This document shows, in pieces, positions 1-7,746 of a stretch of 29,984 nucleotides of DNA. Origin of the DNA: Acidobacteriota bacterium (lineage in GTDB: Bacteria > Acidobacteriota > UBA4820 > DSQY01); contig JBMFSH010000032.1 of assembly GCA_049967655.1 (NCBI GenBank), forward strand, positions 1 to 29,984. The letters are read 5' to 3'. The notes beneath the pieces were generated by a model. The model ran no database searches. It was not told the origin of the DNA and saw only the letters and a program-made list of their open reading frames with translations. Every line of letters starts with the position of its first letter. Position 1 is the stretch's first letter. A program made the position numbers and the translations under genes.

Positions 1-108
1 ACGGGCAAAGCCCGATGGGGCCCCACCTCTCCCTTGGTGCCCTCTTCGCCTTCGGCTCGATGGCCCCCAATCCCTCATGGGTGCGACACCTTTTCCTACT
101 GGGCGTGT

Positions 109-158
109 CCTGTCACACCTTCCACGGCTATTCCCCTCCTCCATCGCGGGATTGGGGA
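109..158. repeat. 50-bp direct repeat, copy 1 (copy 2 at 8782-8831)
   Basis: 120-158 TTCCACGGCTATTCCCCTCCTCCATCGCGGGATTGGGGA is identical to 8793-8831. The match extends 11 bp upstream with 3 mismatches. Confidence 0.95.
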
Positions 159-802
159 TGTCCCCCCCCATTGACCGGCGTCTCAGCGTGGCCCCCATGA
201 TGGAATGCACGGACCGGCACGAGCGGTTCTTCCTCCGCCTCATCACCACACGAACACTGCTCTACACGGAGATGGTCACCGCGGGGGCGGTCCTCCACGG
301 CGACCGGGAGCGGCTCCTCGCCTACGATCCCGTGGAACACCCGCTGGCGCTCCAGGTCGGCGGGAGCTCACCAACCGAGCTGGCCAAGTGCGCCCGCATT
401 GCTCACGCCATGGGCTACGACGAGGTCAACCTGAACGTCGGGTGCCCCAGCGGGCGCGTCCAATCGGGACGTTTCGGCGCGTGCCTCATGGCCGAACCCG
501 ACCTCGTCGCCTCCTGCGTGGCCGCCATGGCCGACGCCTCCCCCCTGCCGGTGACGGTGAAGACCAGGATTGGCATCGACGAAAGGGATTCCTTCGAGGA
601 GCTGCTCGATCGGTTCGTCCCCTACGTTGAAGAGCAGGTCCTGCGCGGGGTGCCCTTGAACCTAATGGCCCGCCACCTGGCGGGGCTCTTCCACGGAGAG
701 CCGGGAGCCAAGCTTTGGCGACGTCGGCTCGGCGAACTGTGCCGGAAGGATTCGAGGAGAGAGGCGCTGCGGGAGTTGGTCGCTGCCTTTCCCGCTTCCT
801 GA
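158..802 (+). pseudogene. dusA: tRNA-dihydrouridine synthase DusA, internally deleted (214 aa)
   Basis: Has the DusA N-terminal motifs SVAPMM, LYTEMV, LALQVGG, NLNVGCPS and VTVKTRIG, and the C-terminal RHLAGLFHGEPGAKLWRR. The middle part, including the HAR, NGG and GR motifs, is absent. Start ATG 158 is in frame with ORF 77..802. Confidence 0.8.
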
Positions 803-824
803 AGAAGAGGCCCCCCTCTTCTTC
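801..824. terminator. Hairpin at dusA stop, between convergent genes
   Basis: GAAGAAGAGG-CCCC-CCTCTTCTTC forms a perfect 10-bp stem. No clear U tract. Confidence 0.45.
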
Positions 825-910
825 CTCTGAAGAGCGCCCTCCCTCAGATGGGCTGCCCTGGAAGAGCGCCCGCTGGGTAGGCCTGCAGCGCGGTCAGTGC
901 GGCTATGGAA

Positions 911-1831
911 TCAACGGGCAGCCGACGGGGCTCCGCCGGATCGCGCCAGGATGTCTTCGATGAGGGCATCCTTCTCCTGCCAGATCTCCCTGATCCAGTT
1001 CTGGAAGCGCTCCCGCAGTTCTGGGTTCTCAAGATACCCGCCCCTCATGAACTCCTCGGGGATGGAGAATTCTCGGATCCTCACCACCACGCGGCGGATG
1101 CGTCCCGTAAAGAGATCCCAGAACCCGGATCGCTTGTCGGGATAGACCACCGTCACATCCAGGAGGGATCGCAGCCTCCCGCCCATGGCCTCCAGGGCGA
1201 AGGCGACCCCCCCGGCCTTGGGGCGGAGCAGGTGGCGGTAGGGCGAACCCTGGTGGGAGTGTTTTTCGGGCGTGAATCGCGTGCCCTCCAGGAAGTTCAG
1301 GATTGTAACCGGCCTGCCCGCGAACTTGCGGCAGGCCTTCTGCGTTATTTCCAGGTCCTTGCCCTTCTTCTCGGGGTGGGCTTCGAGGTAGCTCTTGGTA
1401 TAGCGGCGCATGAAGGGGAAATCGAGGGCCCACCAGGCTCCCCCGAGCACGGGGACCCAGGCCAACTGCTTCTTGAGGAAGAACTTGGGGAAAGGGATTC
1501 GCCGGTTGAAGACCTTCTGGAGCACCACCACGTCCACCCAGGACTGGTGGTTGCAGCTCACCAGGTAGCTGGAGGCCCTCTTCAGCCCCTCAGCTCCCTC
1601 GACATCCCAATGGATACGCTGGGTCATCCTCAGCCCCCAGTTGTTTCCGCAGGTCCAGGCCTCCGCTATCCAGGTCATGAGGGAGGTGCACCAGCTCTTC
1701 CATCGGCGGTGGGGCACGAGCACCTTGGCCGGTATCACCAGGTAGAGAAACGTTCCCCAAAACAGCGTGTTGAGGGCGAACAGGGAAAAGGCAAGGGGTC
1801 CCAGGATGGCTGGTGGCAGGAACGAGAACAT
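911..1831 (-). CDS. YihG-like lysophospholipid acyltransferase (PlsC superfamily)
   Basis: Motifs NHQSWVD, KFFLKKQL, FLEGTRF and LLRPKAGG, plus a hydrophobic N-terminus. ATG 1831 follows a GAGGAG SD. Confidence 0.9.
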   Translation of the reverse strand: MFSFLPPAILGPLAFSLFALNTLFWGTFLYLVIPAKVLVPHRRWKSWCTSLMTWIAEAWTCGNNWGLRMTQRIHWDVEGAEGLKRASSYLVSCNHQSWVDVVVLQKVFNRRIPFPKFFLKKQLAWVPVLGGAWWALDFPFMRRYTKSYLEAHPEKKGKDLEITQKACRKFAGRPVTILNFLEGTRFTPEKHSHQGSPYRHLLRPKAGGVAFALEAMGGRLRSLLDVTVVYPDKRSGFWDLFTGRIRRVVVRIREFSIPEEFMRGGYLENPELRERFQNWIREIWQEKDALIEDILARSGGAPSAAR

Positions 1832-2159
1832 CTCGGTGCTCTCCTCGACCCTCCCGGTCACGCCGGAGCGTCTGCAATTACTGTATCAACAAGCGGACAG
1901 CGATTCAAGGGCGGCGGGAAACCGCGGCGGGAAACCGCAATCCGGCGATGCAATTCCCGCCGGTGTGGGAGTCGTCGCCTGACGGCGACTTCCCTGTGGC
2001 GAGGAAGCAATGAAGCGATTGAGCGGGATGGGCGGCTGCCGCTCGAGACGCGCCATTTTGGTAGGCCATGCCTGCCTTGACTTGTCAATTTGGCCTGCCG
2101 CCTCGGCAGGGCAACGGTCCCTTGCTTAGGAAAATCGAGATTCCGAGGTGGACACAAAA

Positions 2160-2175
2160 TGGCACTGATCTTGCT
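2160..2175 (+). promoter_or_regulatory. sigma54 (-24/-12) promoter
   Basis: TGGCACTGATCTTGCT matches TGGCAC-N5-TTGCW. Predicted +1 is ~2186. Confidence 0.75.
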
Positions 2176-2186
2176 AGGCTATGGGT

Positions 2187-2300
2187 GGAGATTATCTTGG
2201 GCACGGGGTCCGACTCAACCCCCAGCTCCGGGAGGTCCGGAGGCCCGAAGAAGATAACCCTCCTAACCTCCGAGGGCCCGCCTCCTCCAGGCGGGCCTTT
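2187..2300 (+). ncRNA. Candidate sigma54-dependent small RNA (~115 nt)
   Basis: Starts at the predicted +1. Closing stems GGAG/CTCC, TTATCTT/AAGATAA and GGGC/GCCC enclose two hairpins. Ends in a GC-rich hairpin followed by TTT. No credible ORF. Confidence 0.65.
2273..2300 (+). terminator. Intrinsic terminator of candidate sRNA
   Basis: GGCCCGCCT-CCTCC-AGGCGGGCC followed by TTT. Confidence 0.7.
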
Positions 2301-2492
2301 ACTTGTCATCCAGGCCGACCGGCCATCTACGGCGCACGCCTTCCCGGCACTATCTTCAGGGCCCAGTACTCCGGCTCCGTTCGGGATCCGCCGCCGTCCT
2401 CTCCGCCCCGGTTGCACTACTCCGCGTCCGGCAGTGCCTCCTTGCCATCCTGCCTGCCGTTCGGTTTCCTCGAAGCTTGGCGGGCACACCGA

Positions 2493-2654
2493 TCAGCGGG
2501 TGTACGGGAAGGGCGCCGAAGCGGTCCCGTCCGCGTTGGTCACCACGATCTGCACGGCCGTACCCTTCGGCACCAGGGCCTTCAGGCCCGGCCCTTTGGC
2601 CACCACCTCGAATCCGCTGCTGATCCAGCCTTCCTCCTCTTTGCCCTCGGGATC
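2493..2654 (-). pseudogene. Remnant of a C-terminal Ig-like (IPT/TIG-like) domain
   Basis: Reads DPEGKEEEGWISSGFEVVAKGPGLKALVPKGTAVQIVVTNADGTASAPFPYTR*. It is preceded in frame by ATG AAG AGG TCG TAA. The VVTNxDG-S-F-Y tail resembles IPT/TIG termini. Confidence 0.45.
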
Positions 2655-2708
2655 TTACGACCTCTTCATAGGCGATTCGTCAAAAGATCAGGGTGCGCGC
2701 TCGGGCTC

Positions 2709-5700
2709 CTACGCGGCGCCCTCGGCGGTGGCCTCCTCCCGCACGGGCTTGGGCACGACGATCCCACGGATGGCCCAGGCGCGGGAGATGCTGAGGGCGA
2801 GGCCGCCGCGGTCATCCTCCGCCTTGCCCTCCACCACCAGCGGCCTCCCGGACGTGATGAGCTCGCCGAAGGCCTGGTAGGCGCGCGGGAAAAAGACCAG
2901 CTCCGTGAGGCCCGTGGGGTCTTCGAGGGTGGCAAAGGCCATGCCCTCTTTCCCCTTGCGGGTGGAGATGCACTTGTAGGTGATGACTTGGCCCCAGACG
3001 CGCGCCGTTCTGCCCGCCCTCCCTGGCAGGTCTCCCGCGTGCGTGTAGCCCAGCCCCTCGGCCCACTCCAGCAGGGGCGTCAGCGGATGCGCGGTCACCG
3101 CGTAGCCGAGGGTACGCACTTCGCCGGCAAGGGTCTCGGCTAGGGAGAGGGATGTTGAATGGGCGTGAATCAGAGAGCCAGGGGGACAGGGAGACCAGGA
3201 GAAAATGTTTCTTCCGCTGTTTCTCTGGTTCTCTGTTTCCCTGTTTCTCGCCGTGCTGGTCCCTGCCTTCCCAGACCGCAACCAACTTATCAACACACCA
3301 CGATCTATCCCGAATCCATCGCACGCCCCCGCGCGAACGAGGATCTCTATCTCATCCGAACGGATGCGGCGGCGCAGGCGGGAGCAGAGGTCGGCGAAGG
3401 AGCGGTAGGGCCCCTCGCCGCGCTCCTCGAAGAGCGCATCCAACGCCGAGGGCCGAAGGCCGCGCAGGGTGAAGAAGCCGCAGCGGAGGAGGTTCCCCTT
3501 CCCCGCGAAGTCGCTGCCGGAGGCGTTCACGTCCGGCGGCAAGACCTGAAGCCCCCAGCGCCGCGCCTCCTCCACGTAGGCCGCCGTGCCGTAGAAGCCG
3601 CCCTGGTTGTTCACGAGCGCCGCGAAGAACTCGGCGGGGTGGTGCGCCTTCAGGTAGGCCACCTGGTAGGAGAGCTGGGCGAAGGAGGCGCTGTGGGCCT
3701 TGCAGAAGGCGTAGCCCGCGAAGGACTTGATCTGCGCCCAGAGCTCCGCCAGCACGAGAGCGGCGATGCCCCGCTCGCGGCCCTTCTCGAAGAAGGAGCC
3801 CGCGAGCGACTCCATCTCGGCTCGGCTTCGGTACTTGCCGCTCATGGCCCGGCGCAGGGAGTCCGCCTCGGCTAGCGAAAGCCCCACGAACTCGTGGGCC
3901 ACGCGGATCACGTCCTCCTGGTAGACCATGACGCCGAAGGTGTCCCTGAGGATGGGCTCCAGCTCCGGCGCCGCGTACTGGGGCGGCTCCTCGTCCAGCC
4001 GGCGCTTCACGTAGGCCTCCATCATGCCCGACTCGCTCACGCCGGGGCGGATGATGGAGGAGACCGCCGTCAGGTCTCGGAAGGTGCGCGTCTTGAGGCG
4101 CTGGAGCAGCAGGCGCATGCCGGGCGACTCGATGTAGAAGCAGCCCATGCTGCGGCCCTGCGAGAGGAGGGCGTTGGTCTGAGCATCGCTGTAGGTGCGC
4201 TCCGGGGGGAAAACGGGCGGAGAGGCGCCCGTGTGGTCCTTCACCGCCGCCACCGCGTCCACGAGCACGCCCAGGGAGCGGTTGCCTAAGAGGTCAATCT
4301 TCACCAGCCCGAGCTCCTCCACGTCAACCATGTCACACTGCGTGATGGCCACACCCTTGGCGGCCCGCTCCAGCGAGAGCCGCTGCGTGAGCGGGATGGG
4401 CGAGACCACCACGCCGCCGCAGTGGACCGAGAGATGGCGCGGGAAGCCGTCGATCCAGCGCGCCACCTCCAGCAGGTCCTGCCACGGCCGCTCCTTGAGG
4501 GGCGCCCGGCGCGACTCGGGCCGCGAGGCCAGGGCCTGTGTGAAGTGCTCGAAGGAGGTGTGCGGGATGGCCCGCGCGATGACGCCGATCTCCTCCTCGG
4601 GCACGCTCAGGGCCTTGCCCACCTCCCGGAAGCCCGAGCGCGCGGAGAAGGTGTTGTGCGTGGCGATCATGCAGACGTTCTCGTCGCCGTAGGTGTGGTA
4701 GACGTGCCGGATGACGTGGTCCCGCTCGCGCCAGGAGAAGTCCAGGTCGATGTCGGGCGGGTTCCGGCGGCCGGGGTTCAGGAAGCGCTCGAAGTAGAGG
4801 CCCTCCGCCACGGGGTCCACGTGCGTGAGGTAGAGGCAGTAGGAGACGAGGCTGGAGGCGCCCGAGCCGCGGCCGATGTTGGGGATGCCCTGGTCGCGCG
4901 CGAAGCGGGCGATGTCCTCCACCACCAGGAAATAGCCCGCGAAGCCCAGGCGCACGATGACCTCCAGCTCCCGCTCCAGCCTTTCGAGATAGACCATGGA
5001 GACGTTGCGCACGCGGCGCGCCAAACCCGCGTACGCGAGGGCCCGCAGCACGCCCTCCTCGGTTTCGCCGGGAGGCAGCGGCGGGTGGGGCAGGAGCCAG
5101 TCGCCCAGGGGCAGCGTCACGTCGCAGGAGGCCGCCAGCTCCCCGGCCGCCTCCAGCGCCGTGGCGCGGGCGCCCTCGCCCGCGAACCGCCGTTCCGCCT
5201 CCGCCGGCGAAAGCAGGTAGTCCCCCGGCCCCGCCTCGGGCGGCAGGTGCTTCACCGCCCGCAGGACCCGGTGGACGGCGTAGCCCGAGGGTTCGGGGAA
5301 GAAGGCCGCCGGCGCGGCGAGGCAGGGCAGGTGGAGCCAGTGGGCCGCGGCTCGGGCGTCCGCATCGGCCTTCGGGTTCCCCGACAGACGCGCGAAGAGG
5401 CTCCCCTCTTTCCCGCTCGCTCCCCCGGAGACCCCGCCACCCGCTTGTTTCAGGGCGTAGAGCAGCGTCACGTCCGAGGCCGCCAGCGCCACGTGCCCCC
5501 CCTCCGTAGCCGCCGCGCACTCTCCCACCCGGTCGAAGCGCTCCGGTTCCAGGTTGCGGCGCGTGATGAGGCGGCAGAGGCGGGAGTACCCCTCCAAATC
5601 TCGCGCAAAGGCGAACAGAGGGGACTTGGGGCTGGGGATCGGGAATTTATTGGGAACAAGGGGAGCTGAACCGTCAGCTTTGGCGGCGTTCTTTTGCCTC

Positions 5701-5939
5701 CGAATTCCCACATCCGAAATCCCAGATGTCGTCCCCGTGATCTCCGCTCCCAGGACCGGCCGGATGCCCACCGCCTTCGCCGCCTTGTAAAACCGCACCG
5801 CCGCGTAGAGCCCGTCGCGATCGCAGATTCCCGCCGCGGCGTGCCCCCTCTCCGCGCACGCCTTCGCCAGCGTCTCGGGCAGCATGGCCCCGGAGTAGAA
5901 AGTGAAGGCTGTCCGATCGACAAGCGGCACGAACGCCAT
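2709..5939 (-). CDS. dnaE2: DNA polymerase III alpha-family polymerase, second/error-prone type (DnaE2-like), ~1076 aa
   Basis: Degenerate PHP start (VDRTAFTFYSG), GRGSGASS, FERFLN, catalytic PDIDLDF, KIDLLG, VYQED, YAFCKAH and a C-terminal OB fold. Start ATG 5939 chosen by homology. The dnaE2 label rests on the degenerate PHP and the DUF72/S24-repressor context. Confidence 0.88.
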   Translation of the reverse strand: MAFVPLVDRTAFTFYSGAMLPETLAKACAERGHAAAGICDRDGLYAAVRFYKAAKAVGIRPVLGAEITGTTSGISDVGIRRQKNAAKADGSAPLVPNKFPIPSPKSPLFAFARDLEGYSRLCRLITRRNLEPERFDRVGECAAATEGGHVALAASDVTLLYALKQAGGGVSGGASGKEGSLFARLSGNPKADADARAAAHWLHLPCLAAPAAFFPEPSGYAVHRVLRAVKHLPPEAGPGDYLLSPAEAERRFAGEGARATALEAAGELAASCDVTLPLGDWLLPHPPLPPGETEEGVLRALAYAGLARRVRNVSMVYLERLERELEVIVRLGFAGYFLVVEDIARFARDQGIPNIGRGSGASSLVSYCLYLTHVDPVAEGLYFERFLNPGRRNPPDIDLDFSWRERDHVIRHVYHTYGDENVCMIATHNTFSARSGFREVGKALSVPEEEIGVIARAIPHTSFEHFTQALASRPESRRAPLKERPWQDLLEVARWIDGFPRHLSVHCGGVVVSPIPLTQRLSLERAAKGVAITQCDMVDVEELGLVKIDLLGNRSLGVLVDAVAAVKDHTGASPPVFPPERTYSDAQTNALLSQGRSMGCFYIESPGMRLLLQRLKTRTFRDLTAVSSIIRPGVSESGMMEAYVKRRLDEEPPQYAAPELEPILRDTFGVMVYQEDVIRVAHEFVGLSLAEADSLRRAMSGKYRSRAEMESLAGSFFEKGRERGIAALVLAELWAQIKSFAGYAFCKAHSASFAQLSYQVAYLKAHHPAEFFAALVNNQGGFYGTAAYVEEARRWGLQVLPPDVNASGSDFAGKGNLLRCGFFTLRGLRPSALDALFEERGEGPYRSFADLCSRLRRRIRSDEIEILVRAGACDGFGIDRGVLISWLRSGKAGTSTARNRETENQRNSGRNIFSWSPCPPGSLIHAHSTSLSLAETLAGEVRTLGYAVTAHPLTPLLEWAEGLGYTHAGDLPGRAGRTARVWGQVITYKCISTRKGKEGMAFATLEDPTGLTELVFFPRAYQAFGELITSGRPLVVEGKAEDDRGGLALSISRAWAIRGIVVPKPVREEATAEGAA

Positions 5940-6138
5940 GGCGCACCCGAGGAAGGCGGAGGTCCTAGGCTGGTGTCCATCCGAAAAAACCGTTTCCGCG
6001 TGGAGAGCGAAGGGTGGAGGGAGGAACGAAGCCCACGCAGGGTCAAACGCTGGGCTGGCGCTCCACTCTCCACTCTCAACCCTCCACCATTCCCATCTGG
6101 ACCTTCCGGATGGGGACAGGACTACTATCCGCATCCAC

Positions 6139-6167
6139 ATTATAGTCATACATGACCATTCTTTCAA
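6139..6167 (-). promoter_or_regulatory. sigma70 promoter for dnaE2 with operator palindrome in the spacer
   Basis: Minus strand TTGAAA-17 nt-TATAAT. TGGTCA-TGTA-TGACTA at 6143-6158 overlaps the -10. Confidence 0.85.
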
Positions 6168-6168
6168 G

Positions 6169-6204
6169 AAAAAAAAGAGGCGGGAGAAATCCAGTCTCCC
6201 GCCT
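6169..6204 (-). terminator. Intrinsic terminator
   Basis: Minus strand AGGCGGGAGA-CTGGATT-TCTCCCGCCT followed by CTTTTTTTT. Confidence 0.9.
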
Positions 6205-6639
6205 ATGAGGGGTTAGGGCTTCTACCAACGGACCCAGTCCGTGGTTTTTCAACAATGAGACTCAGCCGTTCACGATTCGTCACTCCCACTTCACAGCCGA
6301 GCCGAGAGACGGCCTTCGAAGAACGAGGCAGCCAGATGCTCCCCCGCTCCCCCTTGCTGGGGGGCAGATACGGGTGCCTTCGCATTGGTGGGGGGATTCT
6401 CTCTTCCGGGGCGTTCCTGGATGGTTGGCCAGGATGGCCAGAAGCACTCGTCCCTTCGCACGTATGATCCCCCCAACCGCAATGAAGTCTTGGCGGCCCG
6501 CAACGCGGCCTCCCTGAATGGGCTCCTACGAGCAAACGGCTTGCCAAGTCCAGGCCGCTTCGTCGTCTCAACCGAACCCTTTGAAAGGGAACAGGTTGCG
6601 GCTCCTATCCGCGGGCACCGTTCCGAGAAAGAGCGCCCC
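6169..6639 (-). ncRNA. Candidate large structured non-coding RNA (~470 nt), family not recognised
   Basis: Bounded by an ECF-like promoter and a strong terminator. Contains many nested helices, several needing G-U pairs that work only on the minus strand. ORFs across it do not look like proteins. Confidence 0.6.
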
Positions 6640-6644
6640 ATTCG

Positions 6645-6671
6645 TTACGTTCGGCGCCCACCATCGTTACC
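6645..6671 (-). promoter_or_regulatory. Putative ECF-sigma promoter
   Basis: Minus strand GGTAAC-16 nt-CGTAA fits the AAC/CGT ECF architecture. It lies 5 nt upstream of the first hairpin of the candidate RNA. Confidence 0.5.
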
Positions 6672-6849
6672 TTTACGTTACAGATCGCCAGCCCCGCGAC
6701 CTCGCCGAGGATTCTGGACCAGCGTGGGAACCGGAGTGGGGCCTGCTCCTCGGGCGCGCCTCGGGGCGGCGGTGCCGCGGCGCCGCCGAGGCGGGGACGA
6801 GAGACGTCATGGCGGAGGGATCTCGGCCGGCCGCGGCCGGCTTCCTTCC

Positions 6850-7746
6850 TCAGCCCACGCCCGCGAAGAGGGAGCGCTGAAAGACCGTATCGCTAACGGC
6901 CTCCAGCTCGGGGTAGGTTTCGATGAGATCGGGCGGGACAGGCTGCTTGAGGCCCGTGAGGGCAAACTGGACCTGGAAGGCGTTGGCCACGGCCTTGCCC
7001 CGGAAATGGTTGTTGAAGATGAGGATCACCTCCTTGGCCACGGTGGAGGCCTCCCGGACGGCGTTCACCCACGGAGCCAATTCGGCGGCGCTGTAAAGGT
7101 AGTTATACCGCTCGTCCCGGCCCGCCCCCTCGGTAAACCAGGCGGCGGCATTTCGGCCGTGGAAGCGGAAGTAGGCGAGATCCGAGGTAACGGCGCAGGT
7201 GGCTCCGAGGCAGTGGGCCAGGGCCGGCTGATCGATGTTGCAGAAGGCCACGCCGCACTCCCGCAGCATCCGCAGCACATCCTTGGAGCCCCACGAGGCG
7301 TGGCGCAGCTCCACCGCCAGCGGATAGGCGGAAAAGCGGCCGACGAGGGCCAGCAGGGTTTTCCGGTTCTCCTCCGTGTTTTTGAAGGACCAGGGCCACT
7401 GGATGAGCACGGCGGCCAGACGGTGGAAACGCACCAGGGGGTCCACCGCCCGGTGGAAGGCCCGCTCGTCCACCAGAGAGGCTTTGCGCGTATGGGTGAA
7501 CCCCTGGAAGAGCTTCACCGTGAAGCGGAAATCGGGGAGATCCGACACCTTGCGCACCCACTCGCCCACGACGAGGGGATCGGGGATCCGGTAGAAGGTG
7601 CTGTCCACCTCCACCGCGCCCAGGAGCCCCGCGAGGAAAGCGAGGGGGGCGAAACCTCGGCCGGCCCTCGGCGGGTACACCACCCCCTTCCAGTCGGGGT
7701 ACGTCCAGCCGGCTACACCGATGCGGAGGGCGGTTCGTTCCTTCAC
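6850..7746 (-). CDS. DUF72 (YecE-like) TIM-barrel protein
   Basis: Motifs IGVAGWTYPDWKG, VEVDSTFY, FRFTVK, AVELRHASW, YFRFHGRN, YNYLYS and FNNH. GTG start overlaps the upstream stop (GTGA). Confidence 0.92.
   Translation of the reverse strand: MKERTALRIGVAGWTYPDWKGVVYPPRAGRGFAPLAFLAGLLGAVEVDSTFYRIPDPLVVGEWVRKVSDLPDFRFTVKLFQGFTHTRKASLVDERAFHRAVDPLVRFHRLAAVLIQWPWSFKNTEENRKTLLALVGRFSAYPLAVELRHASWGSKDVLRMLRECGVAFCNIDQPALAHCLGATCAVTSDLAYFRFHGRNAAAWFTEGAGRDERYNYLYSAAELAPWVNAVREASTVAKEVILIFNNHFRGKAVANAFQVQFALTGLKQPVPPDLIETYPELEAVSDTVFQRSLFAGVG

Noticed and set aside
1..35. GGGCAAAGCCC as a c-di-GMP-I riboswitch
   Set aside because: Only a small hairpin. The GNRA-capped P2 and the rest of the consensus are missing, and it lies at the window edge.
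905..2080. Long opposite-strand ORFs (905..2080, 2181..3143, 4422..5669, 6385..7848, 11709..14144, 20726..23125, 23486..24706, 25440..26783)
   Set aside because: Antisense shadows of well-supported genes, with no recognisable domains.
5940..6167. 76-aa N-terminal extension of DnaE in the ORF track
   Set aside because: The TTG start is the -35 box itself, and the extension is repeat-derived. DnaE homology starts at MAFVPL.
6169..6639. Identification as RNase P RNA, tmRNA, 6S RNA, group II intron or omega/HEARO RNA
   Set aside because: No GAGGAAAGUCC motif, tRNA-like ends or domain V. Too long and branched for 6S. No adjacent IscB/HNH or RT gene. An Rfam search is still needed to exclude known classes properly.
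6203..6880. Short ORFs across the candidate ncRNA (6203..6571, 6255..6467, 6291..6641, 6518..6880) as imuA/imuB remnants or small proteins
   Set aside because: No recognisable motifs, atypical composition and no convincing SD. The segment is better explained by RNA structure.
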